A stretch of DNA of 64,000 nucleotides, from contig JAWCKZ010000004.1 in the NCBI GenBank assembly GCA_038851325.1, positions 1 through 64,000 on the forward strand. Reading direction: 5' to 3'. Position numbers and translations under genes: made by a program. Origin of the DNA: Candidatus Bilamarchaeaceae archaeon (GTDB lineage: Archaea > Micrarchaeota > Micrarchaeia > Anstonellales > Bilamarchaeaceae). Position 1 is the stretch's first letter. Every line of letters starts with the position of its first letter. Shown here in pieces: positions 1 to 9,473 of this stretch. Below the pieces are notes generated by a model. The model was given only the letters and a program-made list of their open reading frames with translations, was not told the origin of the DNA and did no database searches.

Positions 1-452
1 CTTATAACCAACACTCTTGTGCCAGGCAGCCTATAGAAGTAATCAGCCATCGGGAATTTATCGTTCTCCTGATAGTCTCTGTCGAGAGCATGCATTTCGA
101 GAATAACTCCCTCTGGATTTTTCTCGATCAGTTCAGTCAACCTTTGCAGCCTTATCCAAGTATCCTCAAGTCTAAACAATTTTTCTATAACATCAGACTC
201 GCGCGCTGATGCGCCAGCCTCAGAAAGTTTAAGAGTGGTACGAAGAATCCGGCTGCGCATATCATTTCTGACTTCTTTTATTATCCTCTTTCCACTTTCT
301 ATAAGTCTCTCTGAGAGTTCAGAAATGAGTGGACTGACTGCAAAATACTCGGAGGTATGTGGAACAAAAAACACAACCGTGCTGGCGTTTTTAAATCTAA
401 CATCCTTCTGAATAACATCCTTGAATCTTAAGCATTTCCCATGGCTTCCCAT
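1..452 (-). CDS. hypothetical protein, runs off the window start
   Basis: Manual translation from ATG at 452 (MGSHGKCLRFKDVIQK...) is open to position 1; not in the ORF track. Confidence 0.6.
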   Translation of the reverse strand, partial: MGSHGKCLRFKDVIQKDVRFKNASTVVFFVPHTSEYFAVSPLISELSERLIESGKRIIKEVRNDMRSRILRTTLKLSEAGASARESDVIEKLFRLEDTWIRLQRLTELIEKNPEGVILEMHALDRDYQENDKFPMADYFYRLPGTRVLVI

Positions 453-544
453 GAGCTATAATATACATGGAAGTGATTATATACGTTGGCTTTTGGCTAT
501 GCGAAATTCGATAGATTATTAAGCACTCTTGCCTTTTTAATCTC

Positions 545-1303
545 GTGAAACCGAAAATAAAAATAGGATGCTGCGGGTGGGGCTATCTAATGCCTGGCGC
601 ACGCTTTGGCGCAGATTGGAAGAAGCAGTTTCCATCTGTTCTATCTGCTTATTCGTCGCTGTTTTCACTTGTAGAAGTGAATTCAACCTTCTACCGGATT
701 CCAAAGGTTTCCACTGCAGAGAAGTGGCTCAGCGAAGCAAGAGGGGAAAGCAGGAAATTTGAATTTACAGTGAAAGCAAGCCAGATAATCACACACAAGG
801 CTATTTTCGAGAAGGAAGCATTCTGGGCATTTGAAAGAATGAAGGAGATATGCGCGGCGCTCGAGGCAAGAATACTGCTTTTGCAGACGCCTGGAAGCTT
901 TGGACCAAGTGCTGTGAATATTAAGAAGATGAGTGGATTTCTTCAGAAGATAGAAAGAGATAGCCTTATTCTTGCCTGGGAACCAAGGGGAAAATGGTGG
1001 AACGAACCGGAGAAGATAAAGGAGATATGCAGGAAATTTGACCTTGTAAACTGCGTTGACCCGCTGAGGAATGAACCGCAGCATTTTGGAAAGAAAGGCA
1101 TAGCTTATTTCAGGCTTCATGGATTCGGAAAGCCCACGATGTACCAATATGTTTTTTCTGACAAAGAGCTCAAACAGCTGAAAGAAAAGGTTCTCTCGCT
1201 GAAATGCAAGGAATGCTACGTTCTCTTTAACAATATGGCGATGTACGATGACGCGCTGAGATTTAAAAAGCTTCTTAGAAAAATTAATTCGTTGTGTAAA
1301 TAA
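545..1303 (+). CDS. DUF72 family protein
   Basis: IGCCGW, VEVNSTFY, FTVKA, WEPR, YFRLHG and VLFNN motifs. Confidence 0.9.
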   Translation: MKPKIKIGCCGWGYLMPGARFGADWKKQFPSVLSAYSSLFSLVEVNSTFYRIPKVSTAEKWLSEARGESRKFEFTVKASQIITHKAIFEKEAFWAFERMKEICAALEARILLLQTPGSFGPSAVNIKKMSGFLQKIERDSLILAWEPRGKWWNEPEKIKEICRKFDLVNCVDPLRNEPQHFGKKGIAYFRLHGFGKPTMYQYVFSDKELKQLKEKVLSLKCKECYVLFNNMAMYDDALRFKKLLRKINSLCK

Positions 1304-1321
1304 TTTCTGAGAGGTGATAAC

Positions 1322-2041
1322 ATGAAAAAAATCCTATTGCTTGGGCTGTTGCTGATTGTTGGGATAGTTGCAGCACCGTACGGCTCGAATGAAAAGGGCA
1401 GCAGCATGGTGATAGATGTCGGCGAATCGGTTGGCGCAGCCGGCCAGGGCGAACCGGTCCGCGAGCAGGAACGGATTCAAGAACAAGCGCAAGTTGGGAA
1501 AGACAACGCCCAAGGGATATCGGCGCAGGTCCACCAGATAATACAGTACAGGAAAAACGATACGCTTGACGTGCCACAGGGGCAAGTTGTAAGAATAATA
1601 GCGCAGAATCATTCTATCGAAGTTGACAGCGAAAGCATACCCCTTAACGCGACCCTTAAGGTCAGATTGAGGGTGCAGGAACGGGATCGTGTTCTCGCGT
1701 TCAACTCAAGCGATGACGAGGACGTGGAAATCGAGGAGAACGGCACGCGCGTAAGGACAAGGGAAACGATTCGTATACAGAATCGGGAGTTCCTTGCGGG
1801 CGATGCAAACGTAACCGTGCTACCGGCAGATATCCCTGAAAAATTAAGGCTCAAGAAGATGGATCACGTGCGGCTAACTGTGGAGAACGGTAATCCTTAC
1901 TACGACATAAACGGAACAAAGGTAGGGAAGCTCCTGTGGTTGTTCGATGTAGAACTGCCAATACAGGCAAGGATACATGCACAGAGTGGCGCGGTGGAGA
2001 GACAGCAGGGACCCTGGTGGGCTTTCCTTGTAACCTCTTAA
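1322..2041 (+). CDS. secreted hypothetical protein with a PepSY-like C-terminus
   Basis: Signal peptide; GAGGTGA RBS; C-terminal YDI..K..KLLWLF...IHAQSG...PWW. Confidence 0.6.
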   Translation: MKKILLLGLLLIVGIVAAPYGSNEKGSSMVIDVGESVGAAGQGEPVREQERIQEQAQVGKDNAQGISAQVHQIIQYRKNDTLDVPQGQVVRIIAQNHSIEVDSESIPLNATLKVRLRVQERDRVLAFNSSDDEDVEIEENGTRVRTRETIRIQNREFLAGDANVTVLPADIPEKLRLKKMDHVRLTVENGNPYYDINGTKVGKLLWLFDVELPIQARIHAQSGAVERQQGPWWAFLVTS

Positions 2042-2059
2042 TATAATTCGCAGTGGGGT

Positions 2060-2128
2060 ATTCGTTGCGTATAACAGAGCGTGTCTAACTTCGTGCCTTT
2101 CACGCTCAGCAGTTATACGCAATCGAAT
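2060..2128. repeat. long imperfect inverted repeat, attC-like
   Basis: ATTCG-TTGCGTATAAC-A-GAGCGTG pairs with CACGCTC-AGCA-GTTATACGCAA-T-CGAAT. Confidence 0.6.
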
Positions 2129-2198
2129 TTTCTTAAAGAACGAGCCGAGGATCTTCCATATCGATAGATACTTAAAGAGCACTTCATAATCAAAAGAT

Positions 2199-2765
2199 AT
2201 GCTTGAACCGTTTATTGTTACTTTTGCATTAGTGCTAATTTCAGAGATTGCTGATAAATCTCAATTAGTAATCCTGGGCTTGGCGTTAAAATACAAATCA
2301 CCATTTAAGATTTTTCTTATCGGATTATCTGCGCAGGTTTTAATGGATGTGCTTGCTATTTTGATGGGTGCTTTTTTTAGTTTTTATTTGCCATTTGATC
2401 TAATTAAAACATTAATTGCGGTTTTGTTTATTCTTTTTGGACTATGGACCCTTGCTCAGCCATATTTCATTAAAGTCAAAGAGGATGGTAAAAAACTTTC
2501 AACTAAAATGCCAGTAGCAAGCTTATTTCTAACTGTATTTCTTAGTGAATTTGGAGATAAAACACAGATAACCTCTGGTCTATTGGCCGCTAAATATCAA
2601 TCCCCTGTCCTCGTCCTAGCAGGATTGATTTCAGCGCTTGCAGTGGTGATTGCGATATATGTTTTAATAGGTACAAAACTTGCTGAAAAAATCCCAAGCA
2701 ACGTGATAAGTAAAATCACAGCCATTTTATTCATCCTATTTGGTTTATTCAGTTTGGTAAGTTAG
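2199..2765 (+). CDS. TMEM165/GDT1 (UPF0016) Mn2+/Ca2+ transporter
   Basis: Two E-x-(G/A)-DK-(S/T)Q motifs (EIADKSQ, EFGDKTQ); six hydrophobic segments. Confidence 0.92.
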   Translation: MLEPFIVTFALVLISEIADKSQLVILGLALKYKSPFKIFLIGLSAQVLMDVLAILMGAFFSFYLPFDLIKTLIAVLFILFGLWTLAQPYFIKVKEDGKKLSTKMPVASLFLTVFLSEFGDKTQITSGLLAAKYQSPVLVLAGLISALAVVIAIYVLIGTKLAEKIPSNVISKITAILFILFGLFSLVS

Positions 2766-2911
2766 TTGTGAAAATTCGACTTTCTCGCCTTCGGCCCGAA
2801 CCACATTGCATTATCGACTCTTTGAACCTAATCCATCCAAAGAATCATAATAGACAAAAACCTTATGACGTTATCAGTAGTGTTTTTAAACCATTACTTA
2901 ATAACTATTCC

Positions 2912-4348
2912 ATGGACTCTATAATTAAGATTATTATGGTTGTGCTGGCGCTAGTCGTTTTGGCACTTCTTGGTCTTTTTTCAGGAGTGCTGACGCTTCC
3001 AGGTCAGCAGGAAAAAGGCGGAGCAGTTATAATTGGGCAAAGCGAACAGGCATTCACAGGTTCACTGGTACGAAATCGCACGATCACAGCAGATGGGAAG
3101 CCCATAGGAGAACTTGTGCAACTTCCTGGACAGTGCGGTTATGTATATGTTCAATGTGGCGTTGAATGTAAACCGTGCGAGGAGGAATGTAAAAAAGAAT
3201 GCGTAGAGACAGGAAGCTTTTGCGGTTACGGACCTGAATACACCACGCCAACGATTACCCAAACCACACAAACAACCACGAGAACTGTAGGTGCTCCAAG
3301 CAACGTTTCAACCAATGGGTCATCGACGTTGTATATCCAGAGAAGACCAGCTCATCTCGTTGGCGCACGATATTATGGGGATTGTTGCGATGGGGATATT
3401 TGCGTAAATGGTCGTTGCGTGCCTGAGGATCACACATGCATCCAACAGAATAATCTATGCGGTTATGGACCAACAGAACTTCAACCAGTTACACGACTTC
3501 AAAGACCAACGTATTACGGTGAATGCTGCGAGCCCTATAAGTGCATAAATGGATATTGCCAACCTTACGAAGAGGAGGAATGTGCAGAAACTGGAGAACG
3601 ATGTGCGCTTCCTGGGCAACCAAGTGGCATTGCGTGTTGTGAAGGCCTTGTGTGCAATGCGAATGGCGTGTGCGTTCCACCGACTCAGGATTACTGCACA
3701 GATTCAGACGGAGGAATAAATTATAACGTGAGTGGAACTGTGCGCGCGCGCTATGGCGGTGTTGAGCAGAGTGGAACAGATTATTGTACAGAGAGAATAG
3801 GAACGCTTGTTGCGTACAACGTCCCTGTGCTCATAGAGTTTTACTGCGACGACAACGGCAGGATGAAAAATACGACATATACCTGTCCTCAGGGGTGCGA
3901 AAATGGCGCATGCAGGCAGGTGATCTGTTTCGATAGTGATGATGGGAAAAATACTGAGAGAGCAGGATACACAGAAGGAGACTACGACGGAAGATATGGC
4001 AAGTGGTACGATACTTGTGTTAAGGAGGATTACGTGCGCGAATACTACTGTGAAGACAACGTAGTAAAATCAGATACCTTTAGATGTGAGTATGGCTGCG
4101 CTAATGGAAAATGCCAACCAAGACCGCAAACCGTTCAATGCGAGGAAACAGACAACGGAAGAGATATATATACAGCTGGAGCAGCAACAGGTTATATCGA
4201 AAATGAATATGGAAGGTATGCTGACCGGTGCTTAGATGGATACACCTTGATAGAGTACTATTGCGCGGCAGGAGCAGCAGGTAATGTAGTGTCAGAGCAG
4301 ATTGTTTGTCCTTCGCAGAGATGCGAGAATGGAGCCTGCTTAAGGTAA
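2912..4348 (+). CDS. membrane-anchored Cys-rich repeat surface protein
   Basis: Probable start MDSIIK at 2912 after a TTTAAA box; N-terminal TM; knottin-like repeats plus three C-x-(D/E)-(S/T)-D-x-G...E(Y/F)YC repeats. Confidence 0.8.
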   Translation: MDSIIKIIMVVLALVVLALLGLFSGVLTLPGQQEKGGAVIIGQSEQAFTGSLVRNRTITADGKPIGELVQLPGQCGYVYVQCGVECKPCEEECKKECVETGSFCGYGPEYTTPTITQTTQTTTRTVGAPSNVSTNGSSTLYIQRRPAHLVGARYYGDCCDGDICVNGRCVPEDHTCIQQNNLCGYGPTELQPVTRLQRPTYYGECCEPYKCINGYCQPYEEEECAETGERCALPGQPSGIACCEGLVCNANGVCVPPTQDYCTDSDGGINYNVSGTVRARYGGVEQSGTDYCTERIGTLVAYNVPVLIEFYCDDNGRMKNTTYTCPQGCENGACRQVICFDSDDGKNTERAGYTEGDYDGRYGKWYDTCVKEDYVREYYCEDNVVKSDTFRCEYGCANGKCQPRPQTVQCEETDNGRDIYTAGAATGYIENEYGRYADRCLDGYTLIEYYCAAGAAGNVVSEQIVCPSQRCENGACLR

Positions 4349-4352
4349 TCAA
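4333..4352 (+). terminator. approximate marker for an oligo-T archaeal terminator; the T tract itself lies just downstream at 4354-4372
   Basis: Long T run right after the stop at 4348, between convergent genes. Confidence 0.4.
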
Positions 4353-4393
4353 CTTTTTTCTTTTTTTTTTTTAGAAATATTCATTCAGGCTTA

Positions 4394-4981
4394 CTAGAAG
4401 AAAGAGCGGATAGTTACATCCTCTGATGTAGGAAGGAGTACGAATAAGTCGCTGTCTTCACTTATAATGTTAATCTTTTGATAAAGCCCCTTAAGAACGT
4501 CAGTAAGAATTGCTATAGAGGCGTCTCCCAACCCCAGACGTCTGTTTTTCTTGTGAGATTTTTCCTGCATTCTCCTAGAGAGCTCCTGATGCTCCTCCTT
4601 TGAAACAGCAATGTTCTCCTGAGAGACAATTCCCTCATTTATCGCACGATAAAGCTCAGCGACATCCTCCTTTTTAATATCCCTTTTCGTCTGAGCGTTC
4701 CGCTGAAATTCGTCAACAACCTGCCTCGTCACTATAACATCTCCTTTTTCTGAAAGTTGCTTTAGAGTAGTGTAAACACCATAGCCTGAACGCGCAAGCC
4801 TAATAAGATAGCAAGTATCCAAAACAAAGACCTCTTTGTGAAATTTAGGTAATTCTACGAAAGGGTCGAATTTTAAACTGGTTTTTACACTCTGGCGTGT
4901 AGAGGATACTGAAGATGCCTCTTTAAACATCAATTTTGTGTTATTCATGATATAATTATGTGTTAAACAATTAATAAACAT
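4394..4981 (-). CDS. PIN-domain (VapC-like) nuclease
   Basis: VLDTC, V.DE, GLGDASI and ISEDSDL give the acidic tetrad; true start may be at 4948. Confidence 0.8.
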   Translation of the reverse strand: MFINCLTHNYIMNNTKLMFKEASSVSSTRQSVKTSLKFDPFVELPKFHKEVFVLDTCYLIRLARSGYGVYTTLKQLSEKGDVIVTRQVVDEFQRNAQTKRDIKKEDVAELYRAINEGIVSQENIAVSKEEHQELSRRMQEKSHKKNRRLGLGDASIAILTDVLKGLYQKINIISEDSDLFVLLPTSEDVTIRSFF

Positions 4982-5106
4982 TTCGTTTTATAAATTAACA
5001 CATGATGTAACACAAGCAAAGCTATTTGATAACCATTTAAACCTTTTTATACAAAATTTAGTACAGGTATAAATACAAACAATAATAAGGTAATTGGAGG
5101 AGGTTT

Positions 5107-5748
5107 ATGGTTGAAATAAGATATCAAAAGCCAAAAAGATTTCCACTCAAAGGATGCAAGGTAATAAAAAACACACTCAAAGAGGACGAGGTTAAAAAGC
5201 TTCTTAGCGGCAAGGTTGTCGTTGAGGAAAAAATGGATGGAAAGCCAGTTTCTTTTGAGACAAGCGAGTATATTATATTCGCAGAAGATATGAAAAAGCA
5301 GCACAGCATCTTTTATGTTCTTCCGGGAAGGTATGCTATCTTCGATATATATGATAAAAAAAGAAGGGTGTTTGTCTTTTCTGATGAGAAGCTTGAGCTT
5401 TCAAATGCCTTCAGGGAAGGAAAATTACAAGTCGACGGGATTTCTCCCGCACTATTCTTTCCTGTTCCTGTCATCGCAACAGGAATTTTACGTATGGAAG
5501 ACCTTCCTAAATTAATTGGGTTATCCGCATATGCATGCATCAAAAAAACTAGGGAAAAAACGCTTATGGAAGGAATAGTTGTAAAGCCTTATAGGGATCT
5601 CTTCCCAAAAGAATTTTTAAGCGGAAAACTTGTAAGAACTGAATTTGAAAAAGGAATAAGAACGCATTATCTTCGGATGCATCCGCAATATAACATTATA
5701 GATCCATCCGTAAGGGTTATTGAGTTTCTCCCATCTCTATTTGTTTAA
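5107..5748 (+). CDS. ATP-dependent RNA ligase family protein (stand-alone NTase domain)
   Basis: Motif I EEKMDG, III FAE, IIIa FDI, IV EGIVVK, V GKLV; GGAGG RBS. Confidence 0.8.
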   Translation: MVEIRYQKPKRFPLKGCKVIKNTLKEDEVKKLLSGKVVVEEKMDGKPVSFETSEYIIFAEDMKKQHSIFYVLPGRYAIFDIYDKKRRVFVFSDEKLELSNAFREGKLQVDGISPALFFPVPVIATGILRMEDLPKLIGLSAYACIKKTREKTLMEGIVVKPYRDLFPKEFLSGKLVRTEFEKGIRTHYLRMHPQYNIIDPSVRVIEFLPSLFV

Positions 5749-5842
5749 GTTCAACGAATTGGTCTACGGATTTCAAGTAAGCACCAGCTTGACCGGTCTT
5801 CATAGCTAAATTTATTAAAACCTCGAGGACCTATATTTTATC

Positions 5843-6913
5843 ATGAAAACAGGTTCGATGGAGTTACCGTTGCACATTGGCAAATGTCCCCCGTGGCTCT
5901 TTGCAAAAATGAAAGTGCTTGCAGGTAGTATATCAGAAATTATAATTGAAGAATATGGTTCACGCGAATTCCTCTTCAGACTTTCCAACCCGCTTTTCTT
6001 TCAGGCATTTGGCTGTGCTCTTGGTTTTGACTGGCATTCAAGCGGCCTAACCACAACTGTCTGTGGGGCATTAAAAGAGGGTATAAATGCAAATATTGGA
6101 ATTGCTGTCTGCGGTGGGAAAGGAAAAACATCTCGTAAAACACCTGATGAGATCTTGAAGAAAAGCGAACGTTTGGGGATAAGCAGCAAAGAAACCGAAG
6201 CGCTAATAAAAGCGACTAGATTGAGCGCAAAGGTTGATAACAACTGCATTCAAGATGGATATCAGCTTTATCACCATCTTTTTTTATTCGATGAACTCGG
6301 CAATTGGGCAGTTATTCAGCAGGGAATGAACGGCTTAAGAGGGTACGCGCGGAGATATCATTGGTTTAACACAAAAAATTTTGTTGAAGCCCCACAGAAC
6401 GAGATAATCGGATTTAAGGAAGAGGAGGTTCTGAACCTTGTAAGCCGGAATTCCGAGAATACAAGAAAGGCGAGCGTAGACCTTGTAAGAGATAACCCAA
6501 TACGGCTTCAAAAATATCTAAATGGACAAAGTGCGCTCTTTGGCAATTTTAGGATGCCGCAGAGGCATGAGATATTAGAATGCGATTTGACAAAGCGCGA
6601 CTGGGAGATGCTGCATGCTGCGTATGAGTACCAACCGCAAAATTATGAGGAACTTGTTGCGCTTCGCGGTATTGGCGCCAAGAGTTTGAGAGCGCTTGCA
6701 CTCCTCTCAAAGTTGATTTATGGCACAGAAGTTGATTGGAAGGATCCTATAAAATACTCTTTTGCTCACGGCGGCAAAGATGGGATACCTTATCCAGTTG
6801 AGAGGGAAATATACGATGAAAGCATAGAATTTCTAAGAGACGCTGTAACCGAAGCAAGGATTGAAAAAAGAGAGAAACTAACGGCGCTCAAAAGATTAGA
6901 AGCCGTTTTCTGA
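5843..6913 (+). CDS. DUF763 family protein
   Basis: LPLH.G..PPWL, DWHSSGLTT, QQGMN, ARRYHW, FAHGGKDG.PYPV. Confidence 0.95.
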   Translation: MKTGSMELPLHIGKCPPWLFAKMKVLAGSISEIIIEEYGSREFLFRLSNPLFFQAFGCALGFDWHSSGLTTTVCGALKEGINANIGIAVCGGKGKTSRKTPDEILKKSERLGISSKETEALIKATRLSAKVDNNCIQDGYQLYHHLFLFDELGNWAVIQQGMNGLRGYARRYHWFNTKNFVEAPQNEIIGFKEEEVLNLVSRNSENTRKASVDLVRDNPIRLQKYLNGQSALFGNFRMPQRHEILECDLTKRDWEMLHAAYEYQPQNYEELVALRGIGAKSLRALALLSKLIYGTEVDWKDPIKYSFAHGGKDGIPYPVEREIYDESIEFLRDAVTEARIEKREKLTALKRLEAVF

Positions 6914-7014
6914 TTCTAACCGCTATATAGCAGCAGCAATTTTGTTAGAAAATATGGAATGAAAAGGTTTTTATATATCCTTATGTCTTATATATCCATA
7001 AAAAGTCATAAAAA

Positions 7015-8652
7015 ATGACTTTGGGAGAGTTTATGAAGGCAGGCATCCAAGAAAAACACGAACAATCAGGATATGCTAAAGAGAAAAAGGGGAGCGACTT
7101 TGCAAAAAAGACACCGCTCTCCGAGTATCTCAAGAAACAGACAGAAACAGTGCTGGCTGATGGAAGAGATCATATCAATGCACTCTACAAAGACGCTGCA
7201 GAACTCTGGAAGGAGAAAGCTGCTAAAGCGGACGGAAAACCAGTTTTCTACTTTATCGCGACATTCGACTGCGCTAGAGTCAATATGAAAAATTCTCTTC
7301 TAACAAGAAATGGTGGAGATGCATGCATAGCGGCATTCATAGATACCCAAACAGCAGCCGCTAAAGCGACATTCTGCGATTCGCAGAACAATGGAATTGA
7401 TATGTTTAACATAAGGGTTTCTCAGTATTCAGATGAAACTGCAACACACGCGGCAGGTAATGCCATTAGTCCCTATACCGCTAAAGTATTTACTGAAAAT
7501 CTTGCTGCCGCAAAGGAAAGAATTTATAGAGAAAGGGAGAATTACAAATTTGAAGTTGTTGTAGGCGAAGGAAAAGAAGCAAAAAAGTTGAAGTTGAACC
7601 TGCACGCTGCATCTATTGTTTTCAAGCATCCAGAGGTAGTAACCGCTTATAACATGAAAGGCCCGGTTGTCGAAAGAGTTTTGCCCAAAGAACAAAATGA
7701 TTTCATAAAGGAGAAAATAAAGACGATGGAGGGCGAAAAGCCATGGATGCATGCGCTACCACGCGACTTAAGGTTTGAAAGCGGTAGAGTAGACATCCAC
7801 ACTGAGCTTGATGACGCATCAGCGGAAGAGCTCAAAAACGGCGGAGTTGTTATTCAACTTAAGTACGCCCTAAAAGATCAAAAGCACATCAAAAGCCTTT
7901 TTAGAATTCTTAATGATGGGTGGGACGGGAATGGAGCGAAAGGTCTTAGAAAATGTTATTCCGCCATCATATCAAACAGCTACGCATTAACAGGACTTAA
8001 TACGATATGGGGAAATGCATTTGGTAACGCCCTTACATCCGCAGGGCTTCATGGGGTGGAACGATTTAAAGAAGATACGGGCATCGTCATAAAAAGAATT
8101 CCTGGTTCATATTATCACTATCACGCAAATATGAACATCTCAGAATGGGAAAGGTATGAAGATAGATTAATAAAGGCGATTCTTGGAACAATTCAGGCTA
8201 AACCTACAGAAGTAAATGAAGAAGGGCGTATCGTGCACACGCCTTTCTACCCGCAACTTACTGTCATCGAATCAGTGGGAAAAAACATGGATGAATTGAG
8301 AGCGCTTTTTACCTTGAAATCACTCGGAAAGCATCTCCCGGCAGATGCGCTCGCCAGGGCAGATTTTCTTGTGAATTTTATAGACAATATAAAAGGCAGT
8401 GAGGATGGAACGCCAATAAAGGAGAAGATGCTGGAAGAGGTTGGTATAAGCAAAGAAGAAATGAATGCTATAAACATTATCTACAGATATTGTACTAACT
8501 ATAGAACGGTTCGGGATGCGCAAGACCTAATCTGGGTGTTGAGATTGAATAGAGAAGAAGCGCTCGAGCGCGTGTTCTGGCAAATTGCCCTTGAGAAAGG
8601 AAAAAAGCTGCAAGAGGCGTTTCTGCTTAAGATTGCGCAGCTCGTATACTAG
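7015..8652 (+). CDS. hypothetical protein with two divergent GGDEF/palm-like segments
   Basis: 545-aa ORF; D-x7-N-x7-GD then R..YSDE; second N-x3-G-x3-GN segment. Confidence 0.55.
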   Translation: MTLGEFMKAGIQEKHEQSGYAKEKKGSDFAKKTPLSEYLKKQTETVLADGRDHINALYKDAAELWKEKAAKADGKPVFYFIATFDCARVNMKNSLLTRNGGDACIAAFIDTQTAAAKATFCDSQNNGIDMFNIRVSQYSDETATHAAGNAISPYTAKVFTENLAAAKERIYRERENYKFEVVVGEGKEAKKLKLNLHAASIVFKHPEVVTAYNMKGPVVERVLPKEQNDFIKEKIKTMEGEKPWMHALPRDLRFESGRVDIHTELDDASAEELKNGGVVIQLKYALKDQKHIKSLFRILNDGWDGNGAKGLRKCYSAIISNSYALTGLNTIWGNAFGNALTSAGLHGVERFKEDTGIVIKRIPGSYYHYHANMNISEWERYEDRLIKAILGTIQAKPTEVNEEGRIVHTPFYPQLTVIESVGKNMDELRALFTLKSLGKHLPADALARADFLVNFIDNIKGSEDGTPIKEKMLEEVGISKEEMNAINIIYRYCTNYRTVRDAQDLIWVLRLNREEALERVFWQIALEKGKKLQEAFLLKIAQLVY

Positions 8653-8654
8653 GT

Positions 8655-9329
8655 TCATTTTCCAAGCGAGTTAGAGCGATCATAAGAGCCGTTCTTAACA
8701 GCAGCAATGCAATCGTTTTCTATTTCTTCAATTGACTTAAACTCAATGCCGTATTTCTTGCAATCTTCTTCAATAGCATTGTAAGAAGACGAGAGATTAC
8801 ACGCAATGTATGCTCTAAGACCTTCCTCTACGCTTATACGCTTCTTATGTATCATGTAAGTATCAGATTGCATTACGCGTATTCGATAGATCACGTTCTT
8901 CGGTAAGAGTAAATTTTCTTTTTCATCACGATAGCAATTGTCTTTTTTTGGAAGTTCAAAGCAGCCTTCTGTTATCCAATTGTTTGCTCTCGCAATAGAG
9001 AAATCAATCATGAAAAGCGTTGGAAGGTCCTTTTCTTTCTCGGCTTTTGGAATAAGGGAATTCCATGCCATTACAAGCTGAAGAACAGCGTCAACCTTTG
9101 TTAATTCGAGAACTAATTGTTTTTCTGTGATCTCTTTGTTTTTAAAATACTCGATTATCGCTGAGCGATATTCTCTGGCCTGCTTCTCCATCTCGGGAAT
9201 AAGATCTCTGTTCAAAACGGCTTTTTGAAGAACATCTGGGGTCGGCTCAAGAGAAGCAGCCCACCTACGATGAGAACTATATAAATCCCGCCTTGCTTTG
9301 TCCGCACTCTTATAAACCGGACCAGCCAT
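8655..9329 (-). CDS. hypothetical protein
   Basis: 224-aa ORF with GAGGGAG RBS; no recognised motif. Confidence 0.7.
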   Translation of the reverse strand: MAGPVYKSADKARRDLYSSHRRWAASLEPTPDVLQKAVLNRDLIPEMEKQAREYRSAIIEYFKNKEITEKQLVLELTKVDAVLQLVMAWNSLIPKAEKEKDLPTLFMIDFSIARANNWITEGCFELPKKDNCYRDEKENLLLPKNVIYRIRVMQSDTYMIHKKRISVEEGLRAYIACNLSSSYNAIEEDCKKYGIEFKSIEEIENDCIAAVKNGSYDRSNSLGK

Positions 9330-9473
9330 TATCTCCCTCTTTAAATTCTTTCTTCAACAGAAATACTTAATACTTTCTTATATTCTCTCTTATATTCTCT
9401 CTTATATTTTTACACTTATCACGCCTTACACATTTGTACATTTAATAAGAAAAATATATAAAGGTGCGCACTT

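Noticed and set aside
2768..2911. ORF-track N-terminal extension of the Cys-rich protein
   Set aside because: A TATA-like box and the TM segment place the start at 2912
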